From: Bacteroidia bacterium | Lineage (GTDB): Bacteria; Bacteroidota; Bacteroidia; J057; JADKCL01 | Assembly (NCBI GenBank): GCA_046329055.1 | Contig: JAXLVK010000023.1 | Span: forward strand, 2,219-66,218 | Length of the DNA: 64,000 nt | Direction of reading: 5' to 3' | In this document: one piece after another, positions 45,189 to 55,700 of the stretch | Numbering within the stretch: the stretch's first letter is position 1 | Layout of the letters: the number at the start of each line of letters is the position of its first letter | Notes under the pieces: model-generated | Seen by the model: the letters and a program-made list of their open reading frames with translations, nothing else | What the model was told of the DNA's origin: nothing | Databases searched by the model: none | Made by a program: the position numbers and the translations under genes

Positions 45189-46280
45189 ATGGCGAATTCC
45201 AAAGCCCCTCTTATCCTGAATCCTGGCCCGGTCGCGGTGCCTCGGTACGTGATCGAAGCCATCGGGCAGCCGGTGGTTCACCAACGCTCTTCGGCGTTTG
45301 AAGAGATGTTCAACCAGCTCCAGGGCGACCTGCAATACGTCTTTCAGACGGAGCACCTCGTCATGGCCATGCCCGGCTCAGGAACCTTTGGGGTGGAATC
45401 TGCCATCTTCAGCCTCTTCAAACCCGGTGACCAAGTCGCAATTCCTGCCATGGGCAAGTTTTCCCAGCGTTGGGTGGCGTTTGCGATTCAATTGGGGCTG
45501 GATGTCGTGCCGCTCGGGGTCACGTGGGGGCATGCCTTCACATTGAATTATGTGCAGCAAGTCCTGGAGGAGTATCCCAAGCTCAAGGGCTGGGTGCTGA
45601 CCCACGTGGAGACCTCGACGGGTGTGGCAATTGACTTGGAAGAGATCGCCTTTGCCATACGACAGGCCGCACCGAATCAGCTCATCGTGGTCGATGCCAT
45701 CTGCACAGTCGGGATACAGCCGCTTTATATGGATGCCTGGGGCCTGGACGTGGTGGTCGCCGCGAGCCAAAAGGGCTTCCTCAATCCTACAGGGACGGTT
45801 TTTGTGGCAGTGAGCCCCTTGGCTGCCAACGCTTTGATCTATCCAGAGGCTGCGGACTACCGTGACCTCGGACATTATTTCCGGTACCTGATCCAAGGCT
45901 CCTACCCATTCACGCCACCCACGCAACTGTTTTATGGCGTGCAGGCGGCATTGGCACGCATCCGTGAGGAGACCCTGCCCGTGCTCTGGAACCGGACCCA
46001 TGCAATGAGTCGCTATTTCAAGCGCGCAATCCAGGATATGGGTGGCGCGATCTTCGGAGAAGGCAACGCGGACGCACTCACCGTGCTGAGTTTTGGCAGG
46101 CAGAGCCACGACCGCATCCGGGAGGCCCTGGTCATGCGGCATGGCATCGAAACGGCTGATGGTCAAGACCAATTGCAGGACTTGGTCATCCGCGTGGGAC
46201 ACTTCGGGCCAGTGACGTTGGCGGATATGGAGGCCTGCATCCATGCCCTGAAGCAAGAAGTGGAGGTGAAACAATCATGA
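45189..46280 (+). CDS. Class V PLP-dependent aminotransferase (serine-pyruvate/phosphoserine aminotransferase-like)
   Basis: LILNPGPVAVPRYVIEAI...HQRSSAFEEMF is the AGT/SPT-type N-terminus. There is a 4-nt ATGA overlap with the next gene. Confidence 0.75.
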   Translation: MANSKAPLILNPGPVAVPRYVIEAIGQPVVHQRSSAFEEMFNQLQGDLQYVFQTEHLVMAMPGSGTFGVESAIFSLFKPGDQVAIPAMGKFSQRWVAFAIQLGLDVVPLGVTWGHAFTLNYVQQVLEEYPKLKGWVLTHVETSTGVAIDLEEIAFAIRQAAPNQLIVVDAICTVGIQPLYMDAWGLDVVVAASQKGFLNPTGTVFVAVSPLAANALIYPEAADYRDLGHYFRYLIQGSYPFTPPTQLFYGVQAALARIREETLPVLWNRTHAMSRYFKRAIQDMGGAIFGEGNADALTVLSFGRQSHDRIREALVMRHGIETADGQDQLQDLVIRVGHFGPVTLADMEACIHALKQEVEVKQS

Positions 46281-47218
46281 ACATCCTGCTGATCGATGCA
46301 TTCCCAGCTGCGATGGTGGAGAAACTCGCAGCCCTCGGGCATCCGGTGCGGTACGAGCCGGACTGGACCCGGGAGCAGGTCCTCGCCAATGTAAATGAGG
46401 TGGACATCCTGGTGATGAACTCCAAGGTCAATGCCGACCAAGCCCTGTTGGATGCCGGACCGCGGCTCAAAATGGTGTGCAGGGCAGGTGTGGGCATGGA
46501 TCATTTCGACCTCCCGCTGTTGGCTTCCCGTGGAGTCATCGCCTTCAATACCCCCGGGGCAAATGCCATCCCGGTTGCGGAACAGGCCGTGGGCATGCTG
46601 TTGTCGCTCATGCACCGTATCGCCCGTGCCAATGCGCAGGTTCACAATTGGCAATGGTTGCGTGAGGAAAACCGGGGGACTGAACTCTACGGCAAGACCG
46701 TCGGAATCATCGGCCATGGCAATACCGGGACGCGGATGAGCCGTTGCCTGAGTGGATTTGGCTGCCGGACATTGGCTTATGACAAGTACAAGTCGGGATT
46801 CGGGGACGGGATGGTGCAGGAGGCGAGTCTGGAACAAATCTGGGAAGAGGCCGACGTCTTGTCCCTCCACATTCCACTCACGGATGAGACCTTGGGCTGG
46901 GTGAATGCCGATTTCCTCGCCCGGTTCCACAAGCCGATCTGGCTGCTGAATCTTTCCCGTGGGCCCATCTTGCCCCTGGAAGGCTTGATCGCGGCATTGG
47001 AGGACGAAAGTGTCATCGCGGCCGGCTTGGATGTGCTTGAAAATGAGCGCCTCGATAAGCTCACCGCCGATCAACGTGGCAGATTAGAACGCCTGTTTCA
47101 GGATGATAGGGTGATTTTCACTCCGCACATTGGCGGGTGGAGCCACGAGTCCTTGGTGCGGATCAATGACCGAATAGTGGAGGAAATCGCCGCATTTGTG
47201 GGGCAGCGGGTGATCTGA
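46277..47218 (+). CDS. D-isomer-specific 2-hydroxyacid dehydrogenase (phosphoglycerate dehydrogenase-like)
   Basis: NAD-binding site GKTVGIIGHGNTGTRMSRCL, and ...TPHIGGWSHES. Confidence 0.8.
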   Translation: MNILLIDAFPAAMVEKLAALGHPVRYEPDWTREQVLANVNEVDILVMNSKVNADQALLDAGPRLKMVCRAGVGMDHFDLPLLASRGVIAFNTPGANAIPVAEQAVGMLLSLMHRIARANAQVHNWQWLREENRGTELYGKTVGIIGHGNTGTRMSRCLSGFGCRTLAYDKYKSGFGDGMVQEASLEQIWEEADVLSLHIPLTDETLGWVNADFLARFHKPIWLLNLSRGPILPLEGLIAALEDESVIAAGLDVLENERLDKLTADQRGRLERLFQDDRVIFTPHIGGWSHESLVRINDRIVEEIAAFVGQRVI

Positions 47219-47224
47219 GGGCGG

Positions 47225-48682
47225 CTACTTCTTGTTGCCCATGTCCATGAGCCAATTTTCGAGCCGCAACAACTCGCCCGTCGAGGGGTCAAAGGGGATG
47301 TTTTTGTGGAAGGCCTGCAGGTCGGCGAGGTGGCGCTTCGCACCCAGCAACGTCTTCTTCACGTCCAAGCTGTTCTTGTGCCATTCCATGAGGATTTGGA
47401 TCAGCTTCATGGGGCGATAGATTTCGCTGTTTTTCTGGGTGCGCTTGACGAACTGCCTCATGTTCAGGATTTTGGTTTCGAGGACGTCGTAAAGTCCAGC
47501 TTCGAAGAGCACCATGATCTCGTGCAGGCGGAAGGTCAGGTTCCAACCCATCTTGTCTCCCAGCAGCGGCGTGGCATCGTTCATGGTGCGCAGTGCCTCG
47601 CTGATGCGCCCGGTTTTGAAAAGCAGGCAGCTATTGTTGTAGTGCCAGATGGCGGCTCGGAAAGGCGAGGCGCTGAACCGGGGGTGTGAAAGGGCCTGCT
47701 GGATGATTTCTCCGGCCTTGGTCCAGTCTTCAGCGAAAAATGCGATCCGGAATGCAGTACCCAGGACGATGAGCCAGTTCGTTTCCTCTCGGGAGAAGTA
47801 GGTCATCGTTTCCTCGACATAGCTCTGCGCCTCCTTCAGGTCACCCTTGCGCAGGGAAGACTCGGTGAGTTGGAAGTAGGCACTGCCGAGGCGCTGCTTG
47901 GAGCGGACCGCCGGTTCCTTGCGGATGAGTTCGAGTTGCCGCTTGCAGTACTCCTGCGCCTCACCATATTTATATGTGTACTGCAGGAACAGGATCTTCG
48001 ATAGGAGAAAGTAGTAGCGAGCGAGCGGAGACTCCGTCTCGTCGGCAATGACCTCGATCTTGGCGATGTTCTGTTCGATCTCGGCGAGCTGATCGTCCTT
48101 GAGCGATGTCTGCGTGAGGATGTTCGTGATGGCGTAGTGGTGCAGGGCGGCCTCATTGACCTTGTAATTGACCTCATTGAGGCGGAGGAGGTCCTCGGTG
48201 CCCTTTTGGAAGTCCTTGACGGAGAGGTTCACGCTTTGGCTGCGGTGCAGGAGCATCTGCGCCCAGAAGTGCTCATTGTGGAGGCTGAACTTCCGGCCAT
48301 TGGCCACGACCTGTAGGAGGAGGTTCTTGCTCGCCTTGTACGCACCGCGACCGAGGAGGATTTCGCCTTGCAGGAGCCGCTTCTTGCCTTGCAGGGATGC
48401 GTTGACATAGTCGGCATCGTAATCCGTGACGCTTTTGTCATCGAGGATCACGTCTTCGAGAATGCGCTTGAGCCGCGACTTGGTGACACGAAATGTGTTT
48501 TCGGGCGCCTTTCCATAGAGCTTGTCCGAAAAAAACTCCTCGTCCTTGTCCTTGTACCGTGTAACCAATTCGAAGAGCTTCCCCACCTTCTCGTATTCGA
48601 AGGGTGAAGCGTTCAAATGGTTGCGGATTTGCCGGATTTCGTGGTTTTTGAGCTTCTTGAAGATGTCGTAGATCAGGTCCAT
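47225..48682 (-). CDS. Hypothetical all-helical (TPR-like) protein
   Basis: A 485-aa ORF with clean coding statistics and predicted helical repeats. No motif recognised. It is divergent from the outer-membrane operon. Confidence 0.6.
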   Translation of the reverse strand: MDLIYDIFKKLKNHEIRQIRNHLNASPFEYEKVGKLFELVTRYKDKDEEFFSDKLYGKAPENTFRVTKSRLKRILEDVILDDKSVTDYDADYVNASLQGKKRLLQGEILLGRGAYKASKNLLLQVVANGRKFSLHNEHFWAQMLLHRSQSVNLSVKDFQKGTEDLLRLNEVNYKVNEAALHHYAITNILTQTSLKDDQLAEIEQNIAKIEVIADETESPLARYYFLLSKILFLQYTYKYGEAQEYCKRQLELIRKEPAVRSKQRLGSAYFQLTESSLRKGDLKEAQSYVEETMTYFSREETNWLIVLGTAFRIAFFAEDWTKAGEIIQQALSHPRFSASPFRAAIWHYNNSCLLFKTGRISEALRTMNDATPLLGDKMGWNLTFRLHEIMVLFEAGLYDVLETKILNMRQFVKRTQKNSEIYRPMKLIQILMEWHKNSLDVKKTLLGAKRHLADLQAFHKNIPFDPSTGELLRLENWLMDMGNKK

Positions 48683-49004
48683 GGGGCACCTAGCGTAGTT
48701 AACTTGCTATGAAGTTAGGAAAACATTTCGATTCAATTGCGTAACCGATTCCTTCAAAAGTACATGAAAACGGTGCCAAGTCGGCGTAACTTGCTTGTGA
48801 TTAGAGGCGTGGAGTCACGGCTCGAACAGGTTTAGTTTTGGCAATGCTATTGGATTGAAGGAATCTGGGCGTTTCCCTGAAATCTACCTATACGTCATGG
48901 ACTTGAATTTGTTGGGGTAGAGTTTGGAATAATGAAAACCTAGGTTTTATCTTTATCCTCTGTTTTGTCCTTAAAGTGGAATTACAATTAATTCGGATGG
49001 AATT

Positions 49005-52000
49005 ATGATGAAACGAGTCGGAATTTGGCTAGGGCTATGCCTGCTCTTCTGCTCGAGCGTGTTTGCTCAATCCGATGCTGGCAAGATCAAAGGAACCGTT
49101 AAAGACGAGACGGGCGCGCCTGTCGAGTTCGCAACGGTGGTGATCTCTTCCAATGGCATCATCAAGGGTGGAGCGAACACAAATGAGAACGGGGAATTCA
49201 GCATTGCACCTGTGGAGCCGGGACTTTATGAGGTCAAGGCCTCGTTTGCCGGCAACGTGATCGTCGCCAGTGGCATCACGGTGGCTGCGAACAAGACGGT
49301 GGATGTTCCCCTGGCGATCGAGACAGGTGTGGAGTTGAAGGAGGTGACCATCACTGAAACCATCCCGATTGACAACACCACCACCGGCGGTTCGATCAGC
49401 AACGCGGATGTGAAGAACATCGGTCTGCGAAACGTGAACACGCTGGCTGCCATCGTGCCCGGTGTGTATCAGAGCGACGACGGTGACGCCATCAACATGC
49501 GCGGTGGCCGTAGCAGCTCCACGGTGTACTTCGTGGACGGTGTGAAGGTGCGTGGTACCTTGAACCTGCCCCAGAAGTCCATCGGTCAGCTCTCCGTCAT
49601 CACTGGTGGTACTCCTGCTGAATACGGTGACGTGATCGGTGGTATCATCTCCGTGACCACTTCATCCCCGAGCTACGAACTCAGCGGTGGTTTGGAATTG
49701 CTGACTTCGCAGTTCCTCGACCCCTACGGTTACAACCTCGTGGCGGTGAACCTGTCCGGTCCGCTCATCACCAAGTACATCGACTCCATCGATTACAACA
49801 AGCCGATCCTTGGCTTCTTCATCGCCGCTGAAGGCGAATTGATCAAGGATCAGGACCCTGCTCAGGGTGGCGTGTTCAAATTGAAGGACGAATACTACAA
49901 GGACCTCCAAGAGAATCCTCTGACCCTGGACGAAAGCGGCAACTTCTTCCTGAGCCGTGCCAACTTCACCACTCCTGACATGGTGGAGAAGTCCAAGTTC
50001 AAGCTGAACAACAACGGTCAGACCTTCCGTACCAACCTGCGTCTGGATTTCCAACCCTCCGAGAACATCATCGTGAAAGTCGGTGGCGGTTTCGTGGATC
50101 AGTCCAGCGATCAGTGGAGCATTGCAAACTCCTTGTTTGCCAATGAGGCCAATCAGCTGTTCAAAGGCCGTCAATACAGTGGCTGGGCTCGCTTCCAGCA
50201 GACTTTCAAGACGGACGAAAGCAGCCCTGTCCAGAACCTCTTCTACCAATTGCAAGTTGACTTCTCTCGCTATGACCGCGAGTTCATGGATGCCAATCAC
50301 CAGCGCAACCTCTGGGACTACGGCTACGTGGGCAAGTTCAACTATGACCGCCGCGAGGTGTACCGTTACGTGGATCCGATCGACAACGCCGACATCCACA
50401 ACCCCGACATCTCCTCCAACGGCTACTACATGACCGCTGGTTTCTCTCCGATCAACCTCACCTTTGATCCGAGCACTTCCAAGAACCCGGTCCAAGCCAA
50501 CTACAACAACTTCATTTTCGACTATATCGAAAACAACGGTATCGTGAACCCCTTCACCGGGATTCGTGACTACTCCGTGCGGAACCTCGACTTCCTGAGC
50601 TTCTACGGTGGCATGCGCAACGGTGACCCCACTGACCAAATCTACTCTCTGTACTCCGGCCCCGGCTCCAGCCAAGGCGGTTACAGCAAGTACAGCTTTG
50701 ATCAAGGTCGCCTCACTGGCCAAGCTTCCGGCGAAATCAAGGGTCACGCCATCAAGGTCGGTTTCGAGTTCGAGCAACGCGTCGAGCGTTACTGGGGCGT
50801 CGCCAACCGTGCACTCTGGCAGTACATCCGTCAGCTGACCAACCGTCACCTGGCTGGTATCAACCAAAACCCCGCAAGCTGGGAATTGGTCACCGTCAAC
50901 GGTCAGTTCCAAGACACCGTGCATGCACCGAGCTTCTATGAGCCGCTCGATCAAAGCACCTTCGACTTGAACCTCCGTGGCATCTTGGGTCTGCCCTTCG
51001 ATGGAACCGACTTCATCGTCACTGACAACCTCGACCCCGATCTCCTCGATCTGCGCATGTTCAGCGCTAACGAGTTGCTCAATGACGGTAACCAATACGT
51101 GAACTACTACGGTTACAACTTTGCAGGTGAGAAGACCAAGCGCGTCCCCGCAGAAAACTTCTTCACCGACGAGAAGAACCGTCCGATGAACGCTTTCTCC
51201 CCGACCTACATCTCTGGCTTCATCCAGGATAAGTTCGAGTTGGAAGACATCATCTTCAACGTGGGTGTGCGTTTCGACCGCTTCGATGCCAACCAAAAGG
51301 TTCTGAAAGATCCCTACGTCCTCTTCCCCGCTTACTCTGTGGGTGAAGCCAGGGCTCAAGGTTTCGATATCCCGGCCAACATTCCGGACAACTGGGTGCC
51401 TTACATGGATGACGCTCTGCAGCCCACCAATCCTGACGGTGTGCTCGGCTACCGCGATCCCGAAGCTCAAATCTGGTACGACAAGAATGGTGCTCCCACC
51501 AGCTCTGCCAGCCTCCGCTCCGGCGGTGAGGTTCAGCCCTACCTGAAAGATGACAAGGTGAGCATTGAGTCCTTCGAGGACTACACCCCGCAGGTGATCG
51601 TGATGCCCCGCCTCTCCTTCTCCTTCCCGATCTCTGGTGAGGCAGTGTTCTTCGCTCACTATGACGTGTTGGCTCAACGCCCCGGTTCCACCGGTACCTC
51701 CAGCGCATCTGCCCTTGCTGGTCAGATCGCGGACTACTACTACCTCGCCAACAGCTCCACCATCACCGTGGTGAACCCCAACCTTCGTCCTGAGCGCACG
51801 ATCGACTACGAGGTCGGCTTCAAGCAAAAGTTGAATGACTACCTGGCCCTGTCTGTGTCCGCGTTCTACCGCGAGATGCGCGACATGCTCCAGATCACCA
51901 ACTTCTTGGATGCCTATCCGACCACTTACTCGACCTACAGCAACATCGACTTCGGTACTGTCAAAGGCTTTACGTTTGCACTGAATATGATCCGTATGCG

Positions 52001-52742
52001 GAACATCCGCATGTCGGCGAGCTACACCCTGCAGTTTGCAGCAGGTACGGGCTCGAGCTTCACCTCCAGCCGGAACGCTCTGAGCGCAGTCGATGGCTTC
52101 ACCGCCATCCGCGCCCTGCTTCCTCTGGACTTTGACCAACGCCACCGTTTGGCGGGCAACATCGACTATCGCTTCTTCGGCGATGACAACAAGGGCCCCG
52201 GCATCAATCTGGGAGAGAAGACGCTGTATCCGCTTGCAAATGCGGGTGCAAACCTGACCTTCTACCTCGGTTCCGGTACTCCTTACTCGGTGAACGCCCT
52301 CGCCAATTCGGCTGACGTTCAGAGCGGGATCAACCAAAACATCCAGCTCAGCGGTACCCCCAACGGTAGCCGTCTTCCCTGGCAGATGCGTTTCGACCTG
52401 AAGCTGGACAAAGACCTCATGTTGGGTGGAAAGACCAAGCTCGACTCCGAAGGCAAAGAGATGTCTGATGGTAAAGGCAACGTGCTCAAGTCCAAGCAGT
52501 ACGCCCTGAACATCTACATTCAATTCCTGAACCTGCTCAATACCAAGAACGTGCTGAACGTGTACAAGACGTCTGGCTTGCCGCTGGACGATGGCTACCT
52601 CACCACGGGCGTTGGTCAGCAGGCGATCAAAGCCGCCATCGACGGTGATGCATTCAGCTACCTGTACACGCTGCGGATGCAAAATCCCAGCAACTACAGC
52701 CTCCCCCGGAGGATTCGTTTGGGTGTTCAAATTAACTTCTGA
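49005..52742 (+). CDS. Oversized TonB-dependent-receptor-like outer-membrane barrel with N-terminal carboxypeptidase-regulatory-like domain
   Basis: Signal peptide MMKRVGIWLGLCLLFCSSVFAQ; CarboxypepD_reg-like segment GKIKGTVKDETGAPVEFATVVI...GEFSIAPVEPGLYEVKASFAG; plug NMRGGRSSSTVYFVDGVKV...ITGGTPAEYGDVIGGIISVTT. About 1000 aa of beta-rich sequence ends in RIRLGVQINF, with a terminal Phe. Confidence 0.8.
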   Translation: MMKRVGIWLGLCLLFCSSVFAQSDAGKIKGTVKDETGAPVEFATVVISSNGIIKGGANTNENGEFSIAPVEPGLYEVKASFAGNVIVASGITVAANKTVDVPLAIETGVELKEVTITETIPIDNTTTGGSISNADVKNIGLRNVNTLAAIVPGVYQSDDGDAINMRGGRSSSTVYFVDGVKVRGTLNLPQKSIGQLSVITGGTPAEYGDVIGGIISVTTSSPSYELSGGLELLTSQFLDPYGYNLVAVNLSGPLITKYIDSIDYNKPILGFFIAAEGELIKDQDPAQGGVFKLKDEYYKDLQENPLTLDESGNFFLSRANFTTPDMVEKSKFKLNNNGQTFRTNLRLDFQPSENIIVKVGGGFVDQSSDQWSIANSLFANEANQLFKGRQYSGWARFQQTFKTDESSPVQNLFYQLQVDFSRYDREFMDANHQRNLWDYGYVGKFNYDRREVYRYVDPIDNADIHNPDISSNGYYMTAGFSPINLTFDPSTSKNPVQANYNNFIFDYIENNGIVNPFTGIRDYSVRNLDFLSFYGGMRNGDPTDQIYSLYSGPGSSQGGYSKYSFDQGRLTGQASGEIKGHAIKVGFEFEQRVERYWGVANRALWQYIRQLTNRHLAGINQNPASWELVTVNGQFQDTVHAPSFYEPLDQSTFDLNLRGILGLPFDGTDFIVTDNLDPDLLDLRMFSANELLNDGNQYVNYYGYNFAGEKTKRVPAENFFTDEKNRPMNAFSPTYISGFIQDKFELEDIIFNVGVRFDRFDANQKVLKDPYVLFPAYSVGEARAQGFDIPANIPDNWVPYMDDALQPTNPDGVLGYRDPEAQIWYDKNGAPTSSASLRSGGEVQPYLKDDKVSIESFEDYTPQVIVMPRLSFSFPISGEAVFFAHYDVLAQRPGSTGTSSASALAGQIADYYYLANSSTITVVNPNLRPERTIDYEVGFKQKLNDYLALSVSAFYREMRDMLQITNFLDAYPTTYSTYSNIDFGTVKGFTFALNMIRMRNIRMSASYTLQFAAGTGSSFTSSRNALSAVDGFTAIRALLPLDFDQRHRLAGNIDYRFFGDDNKGPGINLGEKTLYPLANAGANLTFYLGSGTPYSVNALANSADVQSGINQNIQLSGTPNGSRLPWQMRFDLKLDKDLMLGGKTKLDSEGKEMSDGKGNVLKSKQYALNIYIQFLNLLNTKNVLNVYKTSGLPLDDGYLTTGVGQQAIKAAIDGDAFSYLYTLRMQNPSNYSLPRRIRLGVQINF

Positions 52743-52753
52743 TCCTGGCGAGA

Positions 52754-55700
52754 ATGAAGATGGAAAAGATGATTACGAAATCGGTATTGAGCCTAGCATG
52801 CCTGATGCTCCTCGGGGCGACAGGGCTGTATGCCAAGGAGAATATTGGCCAGAAGCGGGCCAATGAAAAGGGAATGCGCACCTCTGCCAACTGTGCCCCC
52901 GCTAGTTCTTCTGTGGAATTGGACATTAACAACGTCCGGGCATTGATCCACAACGGCGGTGACTTTTGGTGGGACTTGGTGGGCAACCCCCGCTACGAGG
53001 TTCCGAAACTTCCCAGAGCTCAAGCTGCTTCTGCTCGCCACTCCTCCTTTGCGGGTTCGCTCTGGATCGGAGGTATCGACGAAAGCGGTCAGCTCCGTGT
53101 TGCAGCGCAGACCTACCGTCAAGGTGGTAACGACTTCTGGCCCGGTCCTCTGACTGCCGGCGGCGCGACCATCGACGACGTGACCTGCTCCGCATGGGAC
53201 GATCACTACCTGATCACCAAAGAGGAAATCTCCGCCGCTCGTGCAGCCTACCTCGATGCCGTCACCAATGGCGGTACCTTCAACGTGGACCTCTATCCTG
53301 CGGTGAAGTCTTGGCCTGCATTCGGCGAAGATGCTGACGGCAACCGCCTCTCCATGGCTCCCTTCGTGGACGTGGACGGCGACCCGCTCAACTACACCCC
53401 CTCCGCTGGTGACTATCCCGACATCTCCCCCACAGCAGGCGGCGGCTCCCCCGACCAAGCCATCTGGTGGGTGATCAACGACAAGGGTGACGTCCACACC
53501 GAAACTGGTGGTGAGGCGATCGGCTTGGAAATCCAAATGCTCGCATTTGCATTTGCCACGACCGACCAAGTCAACGACATGACCTTCTACAAGTACAAGG
53601 TCGTGAACAAGAGCACCCTGCGCCTGAACAATACCTACATGGGTCAATGGGTTGACTCCGACGTCGGTAACTACTCTGACGACTACGTTGGTTGCGACGT
53701 CAGCCGTGGTCTTGGCTTCGCTTACAACGGTGACGCCAACGACGAAACTGCTGCAGGCTATGGTGCCAACCCGCCCAGCTTCGGATTGGACTTCTTCCAA
53801 GGCCCCTATGGTGACAGCGGCGACCGCTTGGACATGGGTACCTTCGTGTACTACGAAAACGACTTCTCCCTCCGTGGCAACCCTGAGGTCGCTACCCACT
53901 TCTACGGCTACCTCCGTGGCTACTGGAAAGACGGTTCCCACATGGTGGACAACGGTCAAAACGGCTATCCCGGCACGGCTGCTGGTCCTGAGACCCAGTT
54001 CATGTATCCTGGCGACCCCGGATTCTGTGGTGGTGGTGGCAACGGCGGATGGTCTGAAGTCACCGCTGGCAACCAGCCCTTCGACCGCCGGTTCCTCCAG
54101 TCCGCAGGTCCCTTCACCCTGCAGCCCGGTGCTGTGAACGACATCGTCGTGGGTGCTGTGTGGGCCCGTGGTTACTACAATGACCAGTTGGGTTCCGTCT
54201 GCGAACTCTTCACCGCAGACGACATCGCTCAAAGCCTCTTTGACAACAACTTCAAACTCCTCGACGGCCCGGATGCTCCGGAACTCACCATCGACGAATA
54301 CGATCAAGAGTTGTTGGTCAAGTGGGACTATAGCAACCAAGACGTGTTCAACAACTACCACGAAAGCTACCTCCAAGCTGACCCCGCCCTGAAGGCTCAA
54401 GGTCTTGCTGACTCGCTGTTCGCTTTCGAAGGTTACCTGATCTACCAATTGGTGAATGCATCCGTGTCCGCCAACGACGTCTTCGACACCGACAAGGCCC
54501 GTATCGTGGCTCAGTGCGACCTCAAGAATGGTGTTTCCACCATCGTGAACCGCACCAGCCAAAGCGTCTCTGGCTTGACCCAGCCGATCATTGTGGACGT
54601 TGTCATGGTCCAAGGGGCTGACGAAGGTGTTACCCATAGCGTGCGTGTCACCGAGGACTTGTTTGCCACTGGTGCAGACCGCCGCTTGAAGAACTACACC
54701 ACCTACTACTACGGTTCCTTGGCTTATGCTTACAACGCAGAGCCTTCTGGCGGCCGTCGTTTCGTTCAAGGCAACCGCTTCTTCAAGAACACTGCCGCTG
54801 TTCCTCACAAGATCGACTTCGAAGGTCTCGGTACCGTGGTCAACTCTGACTACGACACCAGCCCCGAAATCACGCAGATTGCAGGTGTTGGCAATGGTGG
54901 TCACTTTGTGGACCTGACCGCAGCATCTATCAATGATATCCTTGCAAATGACTCCGTCGCTAGCCTGACCTACCAGTCTGGTAAAGCTCCGATCACTGTC
55001 AAGGTTGTGAATCCCAAAGAAGTGCATGCAGGCAACTACCGTTTGGAAGTGGTCGGCAAGAGCTACGTCGGGGAGACCTTCACCATCCGGAATGACAGTG
55101 TGGTTCTGATCGACAGCACCTTTGCTGATTGGGAACTATATGAAGGTGGTAACCTGATCTATCAATCCACCTACATCCAAAGAACTCAAACCGGAGTCCT
55201 CGGTACCAGCGTAACCAATCGCCCCGAGCCGGTGAGTGGCATCGAGCGCCTGATTCCTGAGCACGGCATCTCCGTGGCAGTCGGTGACGTGATCGAATCT
55301 GGTGACACCCTCATCGATGGTGTGATCGGCGCAACGATGACCTTCGATGATCCGCTTCAAACTTGGCTCTTCGGAGTGCCCGACCAAGATGGTTTCGACG
55401 CATGGGATTGGATCCTGTCTGGTGACAAGGACACCGACCGTGGCCACAGCGGTAACGCCTACAAAGTGAACAGGGTCTTCGACAAAGAAGAGCACTTCGA
55501 AGCCCTGATCAATGGTATGTGGGGTCCCTTCTGCATGGCCCGTCAGTTTGTGAACGATGACGCAGCAGGTGATGTCCGCCCCGGTGTGGATGTTCGTCCT
55601 ACCAACTCCGGTTTCGGTGTGAGCGCTGCAACCGTCACCAACCTGAGCCAATTGCCTGACGTGGATGTGGTCTTCACCTCCGACGTGAGCAAGTGGTCCA

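Noticed and set aside
48700-48795. 9-bp direct repeat TAACTTGCT (48700-48708 and 48787-48795) upstream of the outer-membrane operon.
   Set aside because: A single 9-mer recurring within 322 bp is within chance expectation, and it has no palindromic or phased structure.
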